A DNA stretch of 63,422 nucleotides, filler included, from Octopus bimaculoides (taxonomy: Eukaryota): the NCBI RefSeq assembly GCF_001194135.2. It is 4 parts of 4 records of this genome, joined end to end, with 100 filler letters (N's around TTAATTAATTAA, not from the genome) between each part and the next. Parts side by side here need not be neighbours in the genome. Positions count along the whole stretch, not along the records: positions 43,652 to 57,844 come from NC_069008.1; positions 57,945 to 63,422 come from NC_068992.1; 2 more parts are not named here. One strand, 5' to 3'. Every line of letters begins with the position of its first letter. Position 1 is the stretch's first letter. The position numbers and the translations under genes are program-made. Below the pieces are notes generated by a model. That model was given only the letters and a program-made list of their open reading frames with translations. It did not search any database and was not told the DNA's origin. Below, in pieces: positions 51,967 to 63,289 of the stretch.

Positions 51967-52010
51967 ATATATATATATATATATATATGTGTATACACAA
52001 ACACTCACAT

Positions 52011-52052
<42 letters not shown>

Positions 52053-52215
52053 CTGCATATGACGGCCTTCTTTCAATTTCTGTCTACTAAACCCACTCAC
52101 AGCACTTTTGTCAGCCTAAGGCTATAGCAGAAGACACTTGCCCAAGGTGTCACTCAGTGGAACTGAACCCGGAACCATGTGGTTGGGTAGCAAACTTCTT
52201 ACTACACAGCCATAC
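51967..52215 (-). mobile_element. 5' half of the bipartite SINE that hosted the Gypsy insertion
   Basis: Head near 52215, core, then internal microsatellite abutting the 5' LTR. Confidence 0.8.
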
Positions 52216-52402
52216 CTGCACGTATGTAGAGAAATCTGGTCTATGCGAGGTTTTAGTTATATAGAAATTTTGCTAATTTTTTTTACTTGTCACTACCTCT
52301 ATGGGTTTAGATTTGTCTGCAAGTTTCTGAAAATAGCACACTGCCTTGTTTATTAATTCTTGTATCAAGTGATCTAATGAAGAACTTACTTGAAATAATC
52401 AC

Positions 52403-52481
52403 CTGAAGAAGCACATTGTACACTCTTGATGAATGATGGTGATTATGCAATATGTTAATTATATCATCTGACCAATGTACT
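52403..52481 (-). CDS. Candidate internal exon (xVHWSDDIINILHNHHHSSRVYNVLLQ); alternative donor at 52390
   Basis: cactttgttaccctcag| acceptor; donors cag|gtgatt or caa|gtaagt. Phase-compatible with 56117-56212. Confidence 0.35.
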
Positions 52482-52558
52482 CTGAGGGTAACAAAGTGTG
52501 GAAACAATTGTAGTGATACGAAATAAAGAATGTCATCTGATCCACTTTCTATTATTCA

Positions 52559-52592
<34 letters not shown>

Positions 52593-52754
52593 CTTGTATA
52601 TACACATGCACCCGCACACGTATGTATATTTCTCTTGCTTTCTCCCCCCACTGAGAGATCATGTATTTCCTTTACAACAACACACTTGTTTCTGTCCTCA
52701 TTATTGATCACTCACTCTCTCTCTCTCTCTTTCTCTTTCTCTCTCTCTCTCTCT

Positions 52755-52818
<64 letters not shown>

Positions 52819-52848
52819 NNNNNNNNNNNNNNNNNNNNNNNNNNNNNN

Positions 52849-52888
<40 letters not shown>

Positions 52889-53102
52889 TTCTCTCTCTCT
52901 CTTTCTCTTTCTCTCTCTCTCTTTCTCTTTCTCTCTCTCTCTTTCTCTTTCTCTCTCTCTCTCTTTTTCTCTTTCTCTCTCTCTCTCTTTCTCTTTATCT
53001 CTCTCTCTTTCTTTCTTTCTCTCTTTCCAATCAGGTGACCACATATCTCTTCTACAGCAAAACACCTGTTTCTGTCTCTCTGTCAGACTCTAACCTCTCA
53101 TT

Positions 53103-53363
53103 AACTGGTACAAGGTCACCTCCTCCAATGGTCCCTCCCCTCTTATCAACTGGTACAAGGTCACCTCCTCCAATGGTCCCTCCCCTCTCATCAACTGGTA
53201 CAAGGTCACCTCCTCCAATGGCCCNNNNNNNNNNTGGTACAAGGTCACCTCCTCCAATGGTCCCTCCCCTCTCATCAACTGGTACAAGGTCACCTCCTCC
53301 AATGGTCCCTCCCCTCTCATCAACTGGTACAAGGTCACCTCCTCCAATGGCCCCTCCCCTCTC
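53103..53363. repeat. 45-bp minisatellite, about 6 copies
   Basis: Unit actggtacaaggtcacctcctccaatggtccctcccctctcatca; small internal gap. Confidence 0.9.
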
Positions 53364-53394
53364 AAAGGATCTTTGTCTTGCAAGTTACTTAGTG

Positions 53395-53660
53395 ACTCTG
53401 CCAGTGCTGGTGCCATGTAAAAAGAATCCAGTCCACACTGTAAAGTGGTTGGCGTTTGGAAGAACATTCAGCTGTACAAGCAAACCATACTAAAGCTGAC
53501 CTTGCTTGTGCTAGTGCTACATAAAAAGCACTTAATCCACTCTGCAGGGTGGTTGGTATTAGGAAGGGCATCCTGCTGAAGAAACCAGCTCCTGTCAAAC
53601 CATCCTGCCCATGCCAGCATGGAAAGCAGACATTAAAGGATGATGATGATGATGATGATG
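53395..53660 (+). mobile_element. RTE-type LINE 3'UTR fragments
   Basis: Shared motifs gtggttggtattaggaagggcatcc..ccatgccagcatggaaagcagacattaaa(gat)n. Confidence 0.75.
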
Positions 53661-53663
53661 ATA

Positions 53664-53745
<82 letters not shown>

Positions 53746-53832
53746 AACACACACATGTATATATATATTGTGAATAGCCATCTAACAATGCATAAATCAG
53801 GAAAAATATGCACTCATATGTCAATAGAGTGG

Positions 53833-54050
53833 ATATATTAATCAAAGTATACAGAATCATATACCCATTACAGCTGATCTTACCAATTGGTTTCATACTA
53901 GGGGTTCAATGGAGTATTAGCCATCTCTGAAGAGCACAGTGTTACATGATCGGGCTGTTGTCTTACACTCCACTGAACCACTTGTGTGAAACCGTTAAGT
54001 AAGAGCAGCTGTAATGGATATATAATATTGTACACTTGGATTAATATATA
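53833..54050. repeat. ~218-bp imperfect palindrome (foldback, MITE-like)
   Basis: Arms pair along their whole length (atatattaatc, ccattacagctg, tcttac, ggtttcatac, ggttca, tggagt, agcc) around a ~22-nt loop. Confidence 0.85.
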
Positions 54051-54064
54051 TACAGAATATATAT

Positions 54065-54127
<63 letters not shown>

Positions 54128-55386
54128 TGTATATATGAACCAGTAATGGAACATTTATATTGTTGTAATCCATCCCAAAACTCATAGCCATATATTTCTC
54201 ACATCACATGAAACTACTACATTGAATAAAAGTGTTCTAGATACACTATGTCTGGAAATATGATGGGAAGGTCACAATTGGAATGTCATTGATCATTAAA
54301 CTTTGGGGCTGAAATATATAATACACCACTACCACTACCACCACCACTACCACTACCACCACCACTACCACTGCCACTGCCACCACCACTACCACTACCA
54401 CCACCACTACCACTATCACCACCACTACCACTGCCACCACCACTACTACCACTACTACTACCACCACCACCACCGCCACTAGTACCACAACTACTATCAC
54501 CACCATCATGACCACTACCACCACCACCANNNNNNNNNNNNNNNNNNNNNNNNNNNNNNNNNNNNNNNNNNNNNNNNNNNNNNNNNNNNNNNNNNNNNNN
54601 NNNNNNNNNNNNNNNNNNNNNNNNNNNNNNNNNNNNNNNNNNNNNNNNNNNNNNNNNNNNNNNNNNNNNNNNNNNNNNNNNNNNNNNNNNNNNNNNNNNN
54701 NNNNNNNNNNNNNNNNNNNNNNNNNNNNNNNNNNNNNNNNNNNNNNNNNNNNNNNNNNNNNNNNNNNNNNNNNNNNNNNNNNNNNNNNNNNNNNNNNNNN
54801 NNNNNNNNNNNNNNNNNNNNNNNNNNNNNNNNNNNNNNNNNNNNNNNNNNNNNNNNNNNNNNNNNNNNNNNNNNNNNNNNNNNNNNNNNNNNNNNNNNNN
54901 NNNNNNNNNNNNNNNNNNNNNNNNNNNNNNNNNNNNNNNNNNNNNNNNNNNNNNNNNNNNNNNNNNNNNNNNNNNNNNNNNNNNNNNNNNNNNNNNNNNN
55001 NNNNNNNNNNNNNNNNNNNNNNNNNNNNNNNNNNNNNNNNNNNNNNNNNNNNNNNNNNNNNNNNNNNNNNNNNNNNNNNNNNNNNNNNNNNNNNNNNNNN
55101 NNNNNNNNNNNNNNNNNNNNNNNNNNNNNNNNNNNNNNNNNNNNNNNNNNNNNNNNNNNNNNNNNNNNNNNNNNNNNNNNNNNNNNNNNNNNNNNNNNNN
55201 NNNNNNNNNNNNNNNNNNNNNNNNNNNNNNNNNNNNNNNNNNNNNNNNNNNNNNNNNNNNNNNNNNNNNNNNNNNNNNNNNNNNNNNNNNNNNNNNNNNN
55301 NNAAAGCTGAAAAAAAAAAAATTAACACCAAATATACAGTGCGTGTGTTTTTATTGGCTAAACTGGCAATATGACCATCCCCAAGT

Positions 55387-55424
<38 letters not shown>

Positions 55425-55425
<1 letters not shown>

Positions 55426-56015
55426 TCATCATCATCATCATCATCATCGTTTAACGTCCGCTTTCCATGCTAGCATGGGTTGGACGATTTGACTGAGGAC
55501 TGGTGAAACCGGATGGCAACACCAGGCTCCAATCTAAATTTGGCAGAGTTTCTACAGCTGGATGCCCTTCCTAACGCCAACCACTCAGAGAATGTAGTAT
55601 ATATATATATATATATACACGCACACACGTTTATATGTACTTTTATATGTTTATATACATATCTATATATATATATATATATATAATATATCATATATAT
55701 ATATATATATAGAATATATATATGTGTGTGTGTGTGTCTGTGTGTATGTATATATGTATGTGTATATATATATATATATGTATACACACACACACACATC
55801 ATCATCATCATCATCGTTTAACGTCCGCTTTCCATGCTAGCATGGGTTGGACGATTTGACTGAGGACTGGTGCAACCGGATGGCTACACCAGGCTCCAAT
55901 CTAATTTGGCAGAGTTTCTACAGCTGGATGCCCTTCCTAACGCCAACCACTCAGAGAGTGTGTAGTGGGTGCTTTTACGTGTCACCCGCACGAAGGCCAG
56001 TCAGGCGATACTGGC
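55425..56015 (-). mobile_element. Two adjacent RTE-type 3'UTR fragments
   Basis: catcatcgtttaacgtccgctttccatgctagc at about 55445 and 55810. Confidence 0.85.
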
Positions 56016-56116
56016 AACATTCTTCCACTGGTCTCACTAAATCTAAATCTCACAGCCACAGACCTATGACAAAAGCTACAAAAAAGTGCCAGTAACTATA
56101 AATATAAGAACCATAC

Positions 56117-56212
56117 CTGTTAAAAACAGCATAAAGCCATCCCCACAATGATCTGCTTGGTTGAGGAAGCCCAGAAAATAAGGTATGTTTGGTGCCAGTC
56201 TGAAGAAGGCTT
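56117..56212 (-). CDS. Candidate 96-nt symmetric internal exon of an unidentified gene
   Basis: ttggccctttccag| acceptor and aacag|gtatgg donor. Two frames open (xSLLQTGTKHTLFSGLPQPSRSLWGWLYAVFNx or xAFFRLAPNIPYFLGFLNQADHCGDGFMLFLTx). Confidence 0.45.
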
Positions 56213-57063
56213 CTGGAAAGGGCCAATAAAGGCATCTTGATGCCTACATAAATATAGAGACAAACACCAATGTGTAATTAAATGCTTTTACACACACACA
56301 CACACACACACACAGAAATAGAGAAGCAATGGGCCATATGTACACATATTATGCAAAGTGTCATAAGTCCAAAATGTTGCTTTTTCAGAAAACGAAAAAA
56401 TAGTTTCACCATTCTATTTCTTTTTTCATTAGCAACAGTTTCAGCTTAACAANNNNNNNNNNNNNNNNNNNNNNNNNNNNNNNNNNNNNNNNNNNNNNNN
56501 NNNNNNNNNNNNNNNNNNNNNNNNNNNNNNNNNNNNNNNNNNNNNNNNNNNNNNNNNNNNNNNNNNNNNNNNNNNNNNNNNNNNNNNNNNNNNNNNNNNN
56601 NNNNNNNNNNNNNNNNNNNNNNNNNNNNNNNNNNNNNNNNNNNNNNNNNNNNNNNNNNNNNNNNNNNNNNNNNNNNNNNNNNNNNNNNNNNNNNNNNNNN
56701 NNNNNNNNNNNNNNNNNNNNNNNNNNNNNNNCAAACACCAATGTGTAATTAAATGCTTTTACACACACACACACACACACACAGAAATAGAGAAGCAATG
56801 GGCCATATGTACACATATTATGCAAAGTGTCATAAGTCCAAAATGTTGCTTTTTCAGAAAACGAAAAAATAGTTTCACCATTCTATTTCTTTTTTCATTA
56901 GCAACAGTTTCAGCTTAACAAAAATACTTTGTTGGTTCCATAAAATCATAATTCCATGCATGTTTGGCACCTTCGTTAAGAGTCTTCGATGATAGCCTCA
57001 AGCTGATCAAAGCCTTGTGAGTGGATTTGGTAGATGGAAACTGAAAGAAGCCCATCATATATA

Positions 57064-57844
57064 TTGAAGGTGTGATGGATACATTGCTGCCAGTTTATAT
57101 TTCTAATTACAAGCATGTACATTGTTTTTGATTTCTTCGACTACACAGTATAGTAGGGCCAGTTGGGCACTATCTGTGAGAAAAACTGCACTGTTATGCA
57201 ATTCACTCGGCCAGAAATTTGGAAATGACATGCTGTACTGCTTGGTATTCATGCCAGAAGCTCCAATATGAACATTTCTGAGCGTTTGGGTGTCAATCTG
57301 AGGACATGTACCAAGAGACATAAAAATCAAATATCCAGTCAACATCATGGTGTTTGGAGTGATCACTAGTGATGGCGATGTTATGCCTCCATTCATCTTC
57401 CCACATGGCCTCAGACTCAACATGGAGGCCTACATCAAGTGCCTGGAGGAGGGTGGCTGCTGGAAGACCCTATGTCAGGCAACAGGATTCTGCACCATGC
57501 CACTCAAGTAGCAGAACAAAACCATGGCTGTCAGACAATTTCTGTGACAACATCACCCCTAACATCTGGCCACCTAACTCCCCAGACTCCAATCCCCTTG
57601 ATTATTATTTGTGTGGGGCACAGTTGAGCAAGAGACCAAAGATCAATTGAAGGCAAGGATTATGGCAGTATTCACCAACTTAAACAAGGAGAATGTCCAG
57701 AAGAGTTGCAGGAGATTCTGAAGTCATGTGGCGGCAGTGGTTTTATTGAATAAATTTACTCTTTAGTATTTCAGGATATTTTTATGTAATTTTGGTAAAT
57801 ATATCTTTTAAAACGAAATGGCAATGTTATTTTCATTTTTGCGC
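57064..57844 (+). pseudogene. Internally deleted maT/DD37D element
   Basis: QQDSAPCHSSSRTKPWLSDNFCDNITPNIWPPNSPDSNPLDY (37 residues between the D's). Jumps from the 5' region straight to ..IKYPVNIMVFG. Confidence 0.85.
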
Positions 57845-57944
57845 NNNNNNNNNNNNNNNNNNNNNNNNNNNNNNNNNNNNNNNNNNNNTTAATTAATTAA
57901 NNNNNNNNNNNNNNNNNNNNNNNNNNNNNNNNNNNNNNNNNNNN
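57845..57944. other. Synthetic scaffold-join spacer N44-TTAATTAATTAA-N44
   Basis: Identical 100-bp structure. Confidence 0.9.
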
Positions 57945-57991
57945 GTACGCATATATATCATCATCATCTTCATCATTATTTAAAGTCCGTC

Positions 57992-58042
<51 letters not shown>

Positions 58043-58386
58043 CTAACAAGTGCATGCGTGCATCGTAGAGAGAGAGGGAGAGAGAGGGAGGGAAAGAAAG
58101 AGAAAGCGTGTGTTGTAGGGAGAGAGTGATATGTATATACAAACATACATGTATATACATGTATGCATGTTTGTTATGTATACACCTACACATATACACA
58201 AAAATCGATCGATCGATAGATAGATTCATACATACGTATATACCTCACTACCTTCCCTCCCAAATCTACCGACTTACCTTCACACCTTCTTAGCAACCTA
58301 TCTACCTACGTACGTACCTACCTACCTACCTACCTACCCACCCACCTACCAAACCTACCTGCATGCATGCATGTACATACATATTT

Positions 58387-58418
<32 letters not shown>

Positions 58419-58456
58419 TTCACAAACACATACATATACAATAAATATACATATAC

Positions 58457-58489
<33 letters not shown>

Positions 58490-59354
58490 TATATNNNNNN
58501 NNNNNNNNNNNNNNNNNNNNNNNNNNNNNNNNNNNNNNNNNNNNNNNNNNNNNNNNNNNNNNNNNNNNNNNNNNNNNNNNNNNNNNNNNNNNNNNNNNNN
58601 NNNNNNNNNNNNNNNNNNNNNNNNNNNNNNNNNNNNNNNNNNNNNNNNNNNNNNNNNNNNNNNNNNNNNNNNNNNNNNNNNNNNNNNNNNNNNNNNNNNN
58701 NNNNNNNNNNNNNNNNNNNNNNNNNNNNNNNNNNNNNNNNNNNNNNNNNNNNNNNNNNNNNNNNNNNNNNNNNNNNNNNNNNNNNNNNNNNNNNNNNNNN
58801 NNNNNNNNNNNNNNNNNNNNNNNNNNNNNNNNNNNNNNNNNNNNNNNNNNNNNNNNNNNNNNNNNNNNNNNNNNNNNNNNNNNNNNNNNNNNNNNNNNNN
58901 NNNNNNNNNNNNNNNNNNNNNNNNNNNNNNNNNNNNNNNNNNNNNNNNNNNNNNNNNNNNNNNNNNNNNNNNNNNNNNNNNNNNNNNNNNNNNNNNNNNN
59001 NNNNNNNNNNNNNNNNNNNNNNNNNNNNNNNNNNNNNNNNNNNNNNNNNNNNNNNNNNNNNNNNNNNNNNNNNNNNNNNNNNNNNNNNNNNNNNNNNNNN
59101 NNNNNNNNNNNNNNNNNNNNNNNNNNNNNNNNNNNNNNNNNNNNNNNNNNNNNNNNNNNNNNNNNNNNNNNNNNNNNNNNNNNNNNNNNNNNNNNNNNNN
59201 NNNNNNNNNNNNNNNNNNNNNNNNNNNNNNNNNNNNNNNNNNNNNNNNNNNNNNNNNNNNNNNNNNNNNNNNNNNNNNNNNNNNNNNNNNNNNNNNNNNN
59301 NNNNNNNNNNNNNNNNNNNNNNNNNNNNNNNNNNNNNNNNNNNNNNNNNNNNNN

Positions 59355-59690
59355 GTGGCACCTTGGGCAAGTGTCTTCTACTATAGCCTCGAGCCGACCA
59401 AAGCCTTGTGAGAGGATTTGGTAGAAGGAAACTGAAAGAAGCCCGTCGTATATATGTATATATATGTATTTGTGTATATGTTTGTGTGTCTGTGTTTGTC
59501 CCCCCAACATCGCTTGACAACCGATGTTGGTGTGTTTACGTCCCCGTAACTTAGTGGTTCAGCAAAAAGAGACCGATAGAATAAGTATTAGGCTTACAAA
59601 GAATAAGTCCTGGGGTCGATTTGCTCGACTAAAGGTGGTGCCCCAGCATGGCCGCAGTCAAATGACTGAAACAAGTAAAAGAGTAAAAGA
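59355..59690 (+). mobile_element. Young bipartite SINE (head in gap)
   Basis: gtggcaccttgggcaagtgtcttc..gaagcccgtcg[microsatellite]gtttgtccccc..gactgaaacaagtaaaagagtaaaaga. Confidence 0.9.
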
Positions 59691-61007
59691 GAGAGAGAGA
59701 GTATATATGGGATGGGAGAGGCAACTGAAAGAGCCTCTTGCTGGAGAAGAGTTAAGCTGGAAGCCAAGAGGGGATAAAGAGCAGTGACTTGGCCACCGCT
59801 GCTGACCCACCAACGGGAGGATGGTACGGTTCAGGGTTGAAACACCCGATGAACGTTGGATGCCATCAGACGACATCAGTTCCTGTTGTCCAAGGCTTCA
59901 TTCACTTTGGTGAATAAATAAACCACCTCCTTATAAGTGTTACTAACACACGCACACACCCGCACGCACGCACACACCCGCACGCACACATACGCCACAC
60001 ATATATGTCTGTGTGTGTATTTTTGCTTTTCTTTCTCTCTCTCTCTCTCTGTATATATATATATATATTCGAAACGCCAGTGTGAGAATGGTGGCAGCTG
60101 ATGAAGGAAATGTTCTCTATGTGGCCTGCGTGTTTTCTGTACTCTGTTTATCATTTTGTCTACGCTTTGTTCGCAACGTCCTGTACCCAGATATGCATCT
60201 ATATATACAGGTAGATGTAGGTATGTACATACATGTACGTATATATGCATATACTCATTTATTATATATATATATATATATATATNNNNNNNNNNNNNNN
60301 NNNNNNNNNNNNNNNNNNNNNNNNNNNNNNNNNNNNNNNNNNNNNNNNNNNNNNNNNNNNNNNNNNNNNNNNNNNNNNNNNNNNNNNNNNNNNNNNNNNN
60401 NNNNNNNNNNNNNNNNNNNNNNNNNNNNNNNNNNNNNNNNNNNNNNNNNNNNNNNNNNNNNNNNNNNNNNNNNNNNNNNNNNNNNNNNNNNNNNNNNNNN
60501 NNNNNNNNNNNNNNNNNNNNNNNNNNNNNNNNNNNNNNNNNNNNNNNNNNNNNNNNNNNNNNNNNNNNNNNNNNNNNNNNNNNNNNNNNNNNNNNNNNNN
60601 NNNNNNNNNNNNNNNNNNNNNNNNNNACACGTACACGAGTGGGAGGGCGACGACCGCCGGTATCATCATCACCACCACCACCACCACCACCACCACCACT
60701 TGAAGCACGAACATAACCACCAACACCACCACCATCAGCACCACCGTCGCCCCCGTCACTACATGTATTTATTCATATGGCAATCTATTGCTTTCCGTAT
60801 GTAATTCTGTTAACTGGTGTGCCAACAGGCAAGGAGTGACACTTCTACGGGGTTGCATAATATGCAAGAAATATCAACCGAACCTCTCTTGATTCACACC
60901 CTATCTTAAATAAAATAAGGTACACAACTGATGATGTAACCCCAGTGATTCTATCCCTAAAAAGAAAAATGACAGGATAATACAACAATTATTATAATAA
61001 TAATGGT

Positions 61008-62122
61008 TTCAAATTTTGGTACTCGGCCAGGAAGTTCGGAAAAGGGGTAAATCAATTTCATTGGACCTTATTTTGCTTACTCCTTTACTTGTTTCAGTCA
61101 TTTGACTGCGGCCATGCTGGAGCACCGCCTTTAATCAAGCAAATTGACCCCAGGACATATTCTTTGTAAGCCTAGTACTTATTCTATCGGATGCATTTGC
61201 CGAATCGCAAGGTTACGGGGACGTAAACACACGGGCATCGGTTGTCAAGCGATGTTGGGGGTGGGGACAAACACAGACACACAAACATACACACAGACAC
61301 GCACATATATATACATATATACGACAGGCTTCTTTCAGCTTCCGTCTATCAAATCCACTCACAAGGCTTTGTTCGGCCAGAGGGTATAGTAGAAGACACT
61401 TGCCCAAGGTGCCACGCAGTGAGACTGAACCCGGAACCATGTGGTTGGCAAGCAAGCTGCTTACCACACAGCTACTCCTACGCCTATTTTACTTATTTTA
61501 CTGGTACTTATTTCATCGACCCCGAAAGGATGAGAGACGAAGTCAACCTCGGTGGAATTTAAACTCAGCAGGTAAAGACGGCCAAAAGATCGATATACAT
61601 TTTGCTCCGCATGTTAAAGTTTCTGCCATTTTGCCGCCTTTTTCTTCAACATGGTAATAATAATCACTTCTACTATAGGCACAAGGCCTGGGATTTATGG
61701 GGAGAGACAGAGTTGATCATATCGGCCCCAGTGTTCAACTGGTACTTATTTTATCGACCCCGAAAGGATGAAAGGCAAAGTCGACCTTACCGGAATTTGA
61801 ACTCAGAACGTAAAGACGATGAAATGCTGTTAAGCATTTTACTCGGCAGGTTAATAATTCTGCCAGCTCACCGCCTTAATAATAATGATTATTATTATTA
61901 TTATTATTATTATTTCAAATTTTTGTCACAAGGGCAGCTTCGGGGAGGTGGGGATGAGTCGATTACATCGACTCCAGTGTTCAGCTGGTACTTATTCTAT
62001 TGTTCCCTAAAGTATGAAAGGCAAAGACGACTTCGGCGGAATTTGAGCTCAGAACGGGAAGTCGGACGAAATGGCGCTAAGCATTTTACTCGGCAAGCTA
62101 ATGATTTTGTGAGCTCACCGTT

Positions 62123-62177
<55 letters not shown>

Positions 62178-62393
62178 TAATCCTTTCTACTGGAAGCACA
62201 AGGCCCCAGATTTGGGGGAAGGAATTAAATCGATTACATCGACCCCAGTGCGGAGCTGGTACTAATTTATTATCGACCCCGAAAGGATGAAAGGCAAAGT
62301 CGAATTAGGCGGAATTTGAAGTCAGAACGTAACGGCAGACAAAATACTGCTTAGCATTTCGCACGGCGTGCAAACGATTCTGCCAGCTCGCCG

Positions 62394-62454
<61 letters not shown>

Positions 62455-62477
62455 GCTACTACTACTACTACTACTAC

Positions 62478-62523
<46 letters not shown>

Positions 62524-63160
62524 TATAATAATAGTTTTAATTTTTGACATAAAGTTAACAATTTTAGTGGAGGCAAGTAAGTCGATTATATCGAACCCAA
62601 TGTTCAACTGGTATTTATTTTATCGAATCCCACAGGCTGAAAGGGAAAGTCGATCACCTTCTTTTTAGTAATAATAGTGTTTGTTTTTGATTTTAAATCG
62701 AAAGCAACGACCCCAGTACTTGACTGATATCGTATATCCGGTATACAAGTCGAATTTTTCAGACCAAAATTTACAGCCAATGAAAGGTGGGTCGACTTAT
62801 ACACCAAGACAACTGAGGCGGACCATAATTTTACGTGAAACGCAGCAGGATTTAGTAAGACAGCAACGATGTTTGAATGTTTATGCACTAAACGTTTACA
62901 CTATATACATCAACACTATCAACCTGTATGTCTGAAAATACGTAACTTTGTTTTATCGCCTCCAGAACGGATGAGAGTTAAATTTGCCTTCGACGGGAAA
63001 TTGAAATCAGAACCAGAGAGAAAAAAAAACGAGAAAAAAAAAAACAGAAACAAAAATTAGCAATAACAAAAAGAAAGAAAGAAAAAACACTTGACAGAGT
63101 GGGAATAACTAACGCAAAGCAATTTATCAGGCTTTTTAACGATTCTGCCAATCCACCGTT
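61008..63160 (-). mobile_element. Co-oriented array of about six SINE copies (ggcggcgagctggcagaa-head family) separated by (AAT)n/(ACT)n
   Basis: Copies at about 61008-61638 (interrupted), 61656-61878, 61912-62123, 62180-62393, 62540-62665 and 62945-63160. Confidence 0.85.
61075..61485 (-). mobile_element. Complete bipartite SINE nested in the first array copy
   Basis: Full head-to-tail match to the family consensus seen elsewhere in the window. Confidence 0.85.
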
Positions 63161-63197
63161 CCTATTAGTAGTTGTAATAATAATAATAATAATGATG

Positions 63198-63289
<92 letters not shown>

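Noticed and set aside
56263-56921. ~190-bp exact direct duplication
   Set aside because: Same gap-flanking assembly artefact.
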